Assembly (NCBI GenBank): GCA_964016885.1
Contig: OZ024750.1
Location: forward strand, 26,474,001 to 26,538,000
DNA from: Eledone cirrhosa
Lineage: Eukaryota
Direction of reading: 5' to 3'
Length of the DNA: 64,000 bases
The position numbers and the translations under genes were made by a program. The notes under the pieces are model-generated. The model was not told where the DNA came from, did no database searches, and worked only from the letters and a program-made list of their open reading frames with translations. Positions 55,712 to 64,000 of this stretch are shown here, piece after piece. Positions within the stretch are counted from its first letter, which is position 1, and every line of letters starts with the position of its first letter.

Positions 55712-55864
55712 CAATATATAAGCCGTTTTATAAATAAATTTGACATACCTTAAAATAATGCAACTTCCATTTAAAAAGTTAATTTGGTAGCAAATCAACT
55801 TTATAAATGGAAGTTGCATTATTTTTGGTATGTCAAATTTATTTATAAAACGGCTTATATATTG

Positions 55865-55930
55865 TATTTTGTCTGAGGAAGGCATACCATATTTTTAATA
55901 TGATATCCCAGAAATATATATAATGAAATA
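55865..55930 (+). ncRNA. Type I hammerhead ribozyme (mirror copy)
   Basis: Same as 55646-55711, with stem I 3' strand AUGAAAUA (two G-U pairs). Confidence 0.65.
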
Positions 55931-56058
55931 AATATGGTTTTATAAATATAGTGTCCATTTGTTTAATATCGTAAACCTACTCCAAAACCTGTTGAGTGCT
56001 TTTATATCAGTTATAAAATATTTACTCGTTGTAACCCAACAATTTTAAATAAAACTTT

Positions 56059-56099
<41 letters not shown>

Positions 56100-56141
56100 C
56101 TACATACATACATATATATCTATATATGTAGATTTATATAT

Positions 56142-59100
56142 ATAGAGTTGGTACCATAAATGTAGGCACCCTAAAGGGTCGCGCTAACGAGGTTGTAGAA
56201 ATGCTTGAACGTAAGGAGGCGATGTTTGTTGTATTCAAGAGACCAGGTGCAGGGGTGGGTCTGCTAGATTCATTGAGGGTAAAAAACGATGTTATAAGCT
56301 TTTCTGGGTGGGAAACGACGATGGGCTGGGTGGAATAGGAATCATGGTAGCAGAAAAGTGGGCAGATAAGATAATAGACGTAAATAGAGTGAACGACAGA
56401 ATAATTAAAATACGACTTGTCCTCAATAGAACTACGGTGACAGTAATATCTGCTCGGCACTATAAAAGACAGATTCTATGAGACACTGATGCTAACTACC
56501 TCCCAAATATCCGACAGTGACTATATAATTATTGCAGGCGACCTAAATGGTCACGTTGGACAACATTGTAACGGCTACGACGAAATCCATGGAGGCTATG
56601 GGTTTGGTACTAGAAATGAGGAAGGCTCCAGAATCCTGGAATTCTGTGATGCAAATAACCTAACTATCTGTAACACTAACTTAAAAAAACGTGACAATCA
56701 CCTGATCACCTATAGATCCGGGGAACACACAAGCCAGGTAGATTATATCCTTACCAGAAGACGTGACAGAGTGTCTGTTGTAAACACTAAATCCCTCCCC
56801 CATGAAGAATGCACCTCCCAACATAGACTGATAATTAGCGACCTCATAATCAGGACGAGACGTACTCGACAGCAGAAGAGGACTAACCTCAGGAGAAAAA
56901 TATGGAAGCTAAAGGACCCCACAGCCAGAAATAAATTTCAAAGCATATTACTTGATGCTTTCGACTGTAAGGAAGAACATTTAGAGTCGGACAATATAGA
57001 GGGACAGTGGGAATTTCTGAAAGCAAACCTGCCGATGGCGACAGACGAAGTCTGTGGCTGGAGCAGGCCTGTAGGCAGGAGGAGAGTAACATGGTGGTGG
57101 AACAGTAAGGTGGAGGGGTCAATTAAGGCCAAAAAGCAGGCTTGGAAAGTATGGCGGGATGGGGGAAGTAGAGAAGACTATCAAGTGGCCAGGAGGGAAG
57201 CTAGGAGACAAGTGTGCTTAGCAAGAAGGGAAGCTGAGGAAAGAAAGTTCAAGCATGTTCTACAACGCGAGGACCAAAAACGTGAGGTGTTCAGGATTGC
57301 TAGGCAATGCGTCAAGGAAAACCGTGATATTGTCGGGGAGAAGTGTGTACTTAACGATGATGGCATACTTGCCATCACCGACGCTGATCAGAAGGTAGCT
57401 TGGAAGTGTCACTATGAAAGGCTACTAAATTAGGAGAATACATGGGAGAAAGACAGTCTCCCCCATATCGACCCAATAGAGGGACCAGCAGTGTTAGTCG
57501 AGGGGAGTATGATAAGTAAGGCAATCAAGGATATGAAGACGGGTAAGGCGGCTGGGCCTTCGGAAATAGTTGCTGAGATGCTGAAGGCATCTGGCACGGT
57601 GGGACACACCATGGTCACCCGCATAGTTAACCAAGTCGTACAGAATGGGGTTGTTCCGAAGGACTGGCATAGCAGCATCATCGTTAACTGTTATAAGGGT
57701 AAAGGAGACGCCCTAGATAGGAGTAACTATAGAGGCATTAAATTAATCGACCAGGTTATGAAGGTCACGGAAAAAGTAATAGCACAACTAATCAGAGAGA
57801 GAATTGACCTAGATGAAATGCAGTTCGGGTTTGTGTCAGGAAAAAGTACCACAGACGCTCTTTTCATTGTACGACAACTACAGGAGAAGTACCTAGCTAA
57901 AGGTAAACCCCTCTACTTAGCTTTTGTCGACTTGGAGAAAGCCTTCGACAGAGTCCCCCGCTCCATTATCTGGTGGGCACTTAGAAAACTAGGCGTTGAC
58001 GAATGGCTTGTGAGAGCTATACAAGCCATGTATAAAGAAACAGTCAGCAAGGTTAGAATTAACAACGAATATAGTGAAGAGTTTAGCGTAAAAGTTGGCG
58101 TCCATCAGGGCTCTGTTCTCAGCCCCTTACTATTTATTATTGCCCTACAAGCTATAACAGAGGAGTTCAAGACCGGCTGCCCATGGGAACTCCTATACGC
58201 AGACGACCTGACACTCATAGCGGAATCAATGGCCGAGCTAGAGAAGAAATTCCAAACATGGAAGCACGGCCTAGAATCAAAAGGACTTAAAATTAACCTG
58301 GCTAAGACTAAAGTTCTAGTTTGTAGGAAAGAAAATAAGGCGGCGGTCCCTTCTGGGAAATGGTCGTGCTCGGTGTGTAGGAAAGGCGTAGGTAGAAACT
58401 CCATTTTATGTCCTAAATGCAAAGTATGGGTGCATAAAATATGTAGTGGGATCACAGGTAAGCTAACTAAGAACATAGATTTTACATGTGGCCGGTGCTC
58501 TGGTGCAATAAGTAGCAGCAAGTGCCCACAAAATACTAGCTCTTTCAATTGCGCAGAGGGTTCTATAGAAATAGTGGACAGCTTCCGTTACCTGGGTGAT
58601 AAAATCAGCAGTGGGGGAGGGTGCTCTGAAAGTACAGTAGCTAGAGTCAGAACTGGTTGGAAAAAGTTCAGAGAGCTTATACCACTATTAGCTGCTAAAG
58701 GGTTCTCCCTAAAAATGAAAGGCAGGTTGTACGATGCCTGCATACGAACAACAATGTTGCATGGCAGTGAGACCTGGGCATTGTGTGCAGAGGATATACG
58801 CAGACTAGAGAGGAACGAAGCTTGCATGCTCCGCTGGATGTGTAACAGTAATATACGTGAACGGCAAAGCATAAACGAACTAAGGAAAAAATTAGAAATA
58901 AGAGGGATCAGATGTTGTTTACTCGAGAGAAGGCTACGTTGGTATGGACACGTGATGCGCATGAAAGTCGATAGCTGTATAACAAAGTGCAGGGCAATAA
59001 AGATAGACGGTAGCCACGGAATAGGCAGACCTAGAAAAACCTGGGACGAGCTGATAAACTCCGACCTCACACACTTACACCTCTCCAAGACAATGTCACT

Positions 59101-59210
59101 GGATGGAGACCTTTGGCGGTACTCAGTAACAGAGAAGACCCGCCTTACCTAAATACATAGTAAAACCTACTACAGCCAGTAGGCATCTCTAACAAAATAA
59201 CCCCCCCCCC
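56142..59210 (+). mobile_element. Young RTE-clade LINE (APE + RT with an embedded PHD-like finger)
   Basis: Motifs VGTINVGTL, IAGDLNGHVG, SQVDYIL, SQHRL, YKGKGDALDRSNYRGI, FVDLEKAFDRV, GVHQGSVLSP and YADDL. An in-frame TAG at 57431-57433 separates ORFs 56489-57433 and 57491-59152. Confidence 0.92.
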
Positions 59211-59227
59211 CATCTGGCAGATGGGTA

Positions 59228-59272
59228 AACGGTGCTGATGATAGCTAACAAGCTTGAAACTAGTACATCGTT
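59228..59272 (+). ncRNA. Minimal type I hammerhead ribozyme, copy 1
   Basis: AACGGUG-CUGAUGA-[U AGC UAACAA GCU U]-GAAA-C-UA-GUA-CAUCGUU: 7-bp stem I, palindromic ACUAGU stem III, predicted cut after 59265. Confidence 0.85.
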
Positions 59273-59438
59273 CCTGTGTCAGTGTTGAACAAAAAGGTGA
59301 CGTGGTTGCCTTAACACCGTATGGCATAAATTCAGGCTGCTCGCTTTGTTGACTGACAAACAAACGAACAAAGCGGCCGGCGTTATAATAAACGTCGACT
59401 AAACTGATACGTGCATATATGTATGTGTACCTGTATGC

Positions 59439-59523
<85 letters not shown>

Positions 59524-59756
59524 TGCTACTGTACGTCTGTATACATATATGTATGTACGTATACATACATACTTACATTTAAGTAAGTGCCATACTAAGA
59601 GTGAGAAATGAAATTTCGTTTTCATTTTTTCAACTTATCGTTTTCAGTGTGCCTGACCGATTTAACTCACTCAATATGCAAATTAGGCTGCTCAGCCGTT
59701 AATTTTCATAAGGAAAGTATATACTTTCGAACGTTCAACTAACTGGCAGATGGGTA

Positions 59757-59801
59757 AACGGTGCTGATGATAGCTAACAAGCTTGAAACTAGTACATCGT
59801 T
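59757..59801 (+). ncRNA. Minimal type I hammerhead ribozyme, copy 2
   Basis: Identical to 59228-59272; predicted cut after 59794. Confidence 0.85.
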
Positions 59802-59963
59802 CCTGTGTCAGTGTTGAACAAAAAGGTGACGTGGTTGCCTTAACACCGTATGGCATAAATTCAGGCTGTTCGCTTTGTTGACAAACAAACGAACAAAGCG
59901 GCCGGCGTTATAATAAACGTCGACTAAACTGATGCGTGCATATATGTATGTGTACCTGTATGC

Positions 59964-59994
<31 letters not shown>

Positions 59995-60117
59995 CATATA
60001 TATGCATGCTACGGTACGTCTGTATACATATATGTATGTACGTATACATACATACTTACATTTAAGTAAGTGCCATACTAAGAGTGAGAAATGAAATTTC
60101 GTTTTCATTTTTTTCAA

Positions 60118-60172
<55 letters not shown>

Positions 60173-60341
60173 AGAGAGAGATATATAAATCTACATACAT
60201 ACATATACATCAATGTATGTAGATTTATATAAATATATAAACGCCCCACCCCCCTCCCCCTAACATTCCCTTGCTCCAAAACGCTACCCTAGAGATCCGA
60301 AATACCCCCCAGGGTGTATATGCCCCCGTTCAGAACCTTTG

Positions 60342-61960
60342 ATCTACATCTAGCTCCCTAAGTGTCCACCATACTACAGAGAATGGGACCCTGTCAAAGG
60401 GTTCTCCCTGTCTACAAAATCTAGATACAATGGCTTACACTTCGCTAAGTACCTCTCAAGCAGTCGTCGCACTATAAAGGGTGAATCAATGACCACTCTT
60501 CTTCTTCTTCTTCTTCTTCTTCTTCTTCTTCTTCTTCTTCTTTTTCTTCTTCTTCTTCTTGCTAAAATGGTAGTGGGCGGGAGAAGAGTCTTCAACCATT
60601 CCTTCCAGTGAATTTGTCAGCAGCAACCGTCTCCAATTAATCCGACTGGATCCCCAATCTAGACCAGATGTACTCATGAATGTTATCCAATCATCTTGTG
60701 TGGTCTCTATCTCTGGGCTTCCTTCCGGTTGCGTTTACCCGTAAAATCTTTCTAGAGATTTTTTCCCGGAGACATTCTAAACGCATGGATAAAGTATCGT
60801 ATCTGTAATCTCTCAATTCGGAGAAGTAGCGACTCTGCCTGGAGGGAGACCTGATCTCCAAGCTACGCACCCTACTGAGTAACGTTACTCAAAATACCCT
60901 TTGGAAGAACCCCATTGCTGACGTTTGTATTGACGATCATGTTCGTTTCGTCATTACCCAAGATTCCTGACCATAATAAGTGTAGACACAAATACCGTAC
61001 TGAAGATAACCAGTTTGGATTTTTGACCTACATCCCTTCTTCTGAATAACAACAGCTGAAGCTGGCGCTTACAGCACCTGCTCCTGCAATTCTTGCACTT
61101 AATTCAGCCCCATGCGTTCCATCACTTGTGAACATTGCCCCGAGATACATGAATTTCTCCACCTGTTTCAGTGGAACCCCATTCATATATAGATTGCAAG
61201 GCACAATATTCCTTTAGACAACGAGTATCTCAGTTTTCACAGCATTGATTTACATTCCAGCCATGCAGAACTCGATATCAAACCTACAGAGTGCAATTTG
61301 GTGATTTTCTTCCGAATTAAGGAATACCGAGTCGTCTGAAAGTTCTAGCCGACTGATTTTACACTTGCCAGTCGTGATACAACTTCTAGCCCGACTGCTC
61401 ATGTCAATTCTTTTCATGTAAATAATGAACACGATAGCTGAAAGACTTGGCAGAATCCGACTCCCATATTGAAAGGTTTCCATTTAGCACCATTTATCCA
61501 GTGGTAGTCCTGCCTAGCATAAATTCAAACGTCATCTTATCTACTTTGATTATCTCCCGAATTAATCGTGCTATAACATTTTCAACAAATGTTATGATAT
61601 AGTCCATCAAGTTGATACTTCTATACTTATTCTCTCTAGTGTATCTTCATTGCCCTAGTTTTATGTCCCTAATTGTTTCATCTATCTCATTGCAGTCAAC
61701 TTCTTAGCTGATCCCTTAGTCAGATCTACATGTGGTAAGCCCTTACTGTCCTATTTATTCTCTTCGTTCAGTAGTCTCTCGTAGTAAGTACTTCTTTTCG
61801 CCATAAGACAGGGTAGGTGTTCTACTATCATTTCTACCATTTCACGATTTTCTCTAGCACACTCTCTTGCAATCCGATATACACCCTTCAACTGTTCTAC
61901 GCGACGAAGAACATTAGCAACTGTTTTTATCCCTCTGCCCTTCCTAGGAATACCTAGTTA
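60342..61960 (-). mobile_element. Upstream part of the old RTE (60342-60497 and ~61490-61960), split by a second decayed RTE-like LINE with a (GAA)n tail (60498-61490)
   Basis: Old RTE reads FIVRRLLERYLAKCKPLYLDFVD and VYRIARECARENRE..YYERLLN. The insert has LKQVEKFMYLG and LLRIERLQIRY. Confidence 0.7.
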
Positions 61961-62363
61961 AACCTAATTAAGGAGATAATGGATGTAAGGGTGGGTAGGA
62001 AGACTGGACACAAGAAAGAGAGGAGTCAAGCTGTTCATTCATGCTAAAAAGAAGTGGCGCCGATAGAATACTCGATGTAACGGCCGTATAACTCAGGGGT
62101 AGGTGCAGTATACCGGGAGAAAATTTGAGCTTCGTCGTAACTGACGAACAAGTCGGCGTATTTCGTGCACATTCAATTTACCATGGCTATCCCAGTAATT
62201 TGTTGGTAATACTTTCCCGAGATAGTTGAGGTTGAGAACAACTGAATCTTTTATCACCACTTTAATCTTATAATAATTGATATGGTATATAATTGATACC
62301 TCATTTATAACTGTATTTAATTAATGGTATATTCAACATTGTCATGTATATTGATATTATCAG

Positions 62364-62498
62364 AATGCCCAGCAGGAAGGTATAGTGAGCTTTGTCGATT
62401 GACATGCCATTGTTTCAAAAACAGTAAGTGTGACAAGCTAACTGGAAGGTGTCCAGCTGGATGTGCTGCAGGTTATATGGGTAACAGATGCAACACAG
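62364..62498 (+). CDS. Single EGF-like repeat exon (MEGF10/11, SCARF or CED-1-like family)
   Basis: (E)CPAGRYSELCRLTCHCFKNSKCDKLTGRCPAGCAAGYMGNRCNT. CAG acceptor, 135 nt, phase 1-1 geometry, but the expected donor reads TT. Confidence 0.65.
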
Positions 62499-62524
62499 TT
62501 ATTTCCTAATGATGCTAAGTATTT

Positions 62525-62593
<69 letters not shown>

Positions 62594-62741
62594 AGAAAAT
62601 GCGAGGTAGTTTCAGATATATTATCCATTTATTGCACGTACAGTAGAACGGAATGTAAATTACAATATGAAAAGTAGTAATTAGGCAAACAATTAGTTAA
62701 TATCTTCTTCTATCATATGAATCAAAACAAAACAAAAAGTT

Positions 62742-63197
62742 CTTCATCCTCAGTGTATACTGATTAATGTTCAGAGCGATCCTTAGCATTCTCGTGTAGC
62801 GCACATCCACTATCTGAGTAAGTTTCTTGGTCAGTGTCCCAGTCTCAGACCCATACAGTTACACAGACTCCACTATAGCAACGAAGAGACGGATTTTCAG
62901 GTCTTTACGAAGGTCCGACTCCCACACTGAGCTCAAACTGTGGCACGCCGCCCAGGCTTTGCTCTTCCACTCTACCACATCATCTTCTGTATTTCCAATT
63001 TGCTTCCAGACACAGGAAGTCTTCAACCAAGTCTAGCCCCCCCCCCCCGCCCCCTACATTAGTAATCTTCTCTGGCTTCTCAATATTCTCTACCATATAC
63101 TTCATCTTAATCTCATTCATTCAAAGCCCTATACTCATCGAGAAAGTCTCCACGTCCTGCATCAAATCCTATGCCTCCTTCACTGTGTTTGTCATCG
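62742..63197 (-). mobile_element. RTE LINE fragment (family of 9370-12651)
   Basis: Reverse complement of ~11915-12365 (KAWAACHSL, VESV.LYGSET). Confidence 0.85.
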
Positions 63198-63766
63198 ACA
63201 AATTAGTTATGTAGATTTCTAGCCAGTATAGAGAAGGTTAATGTGCTCAATGCATATAGGTTGTTAGACTAGCGAACCATGCGATTAAATGTAATGAGAG
63301 TTAGCTTAACAATCGTATAATAAGCAGAGTAAAAACCGTTTTTAAAATGCTGGAGAGAATAACAAAGATTTATGAATACATGTATATATATTTAATGGCT
63401 GACAAGTATGGCAGTGAAAAAAATTTTAAACAGCCATTTTGTGTGGCTGCTATAACGTCCTTTCACTTCCAACCTTTTAATATCAATATTCCACATTTAA
63501 AGAAGGTTTTTCACTTCGGTGATATAATTTGATTTATGAATTAATATGTTATGAAGCATTTTCTTTTGTAGGCTCTGATGATAATAGTAATTTTTAATGG
63601 AGTAATATCGATTTATATTCGATATCCCAACATGTATGTCGATCCTTACTGTGCAATATTTGAAAAAACTTGTCAGCCATTAAATATATACATATATTTA
63701 TAAATCTTTGTTATTCTCTCCAGCATTTTCAATACGATATATATATATATGTATATATATTTTTAT

Positions 63767-63902
<136 letters not shown>

Positions 63903-64000
63903 CTAAAGTTACAGTATCGTGAGAGAGGATAGAGAGATGAGGTAAAAGAGAAACGATACAGAGGATTAATTGCCAAGATTTGTTCGATGCTTATATAAAC

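Larger units (their letters stand above)
55602..55973. repeat. ~372-bp palindrome with a hammerhead in each arm
   Basis: Centre TTTG-GTAG-CAAA at ~55788; the arms differ by a few mismatches. Confidence 0.9.
59214..60122 (+). repeat. Tandem ~529-nt hammerhead-containing unit (about 1.7 copies), retrozyme/pLTR-like
   Basis: 59214-59638 is nearly identical to 59743-60122 apart from microsatellite length. Confidence 0.85.

Overview
AT-rich, microsatellite-saturated animal DNA, most consistent with an octopod cephalopod: it carries Octopus-type tRNA-derived SINEs and long (TA)n/(CA)n/(TACA)n tracts (an inference, no search run). Almost all long ORFs are decayed retroelements: two Penelope-like elements (PLEs), RTE, Tx1/L1, R4/Dong and CRE-like LINEs. 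There are also non-autonomous hAT-like elements with nested insertions. Host coding sequence is limited to one EGF-repeat exon near 62.4 kb and a weak exon candidate at 24.4 kb. The most striking structure lies outside the ORF track: about 10 well-formed and 3 degenerate minimal type-I hammerhead ribozyme motifs, from roughly 7-8 unrelated sequence families, found by eye. Most have a palindromic stem III and nearly all sit in (TA)n-flanked islands. They include a tandem pair 529 nt apart (retrozyme-like) and three near-perfect fold-back palindromes built around hammerheads, two with a motif in both polarities. All folds were read manually and not computed.
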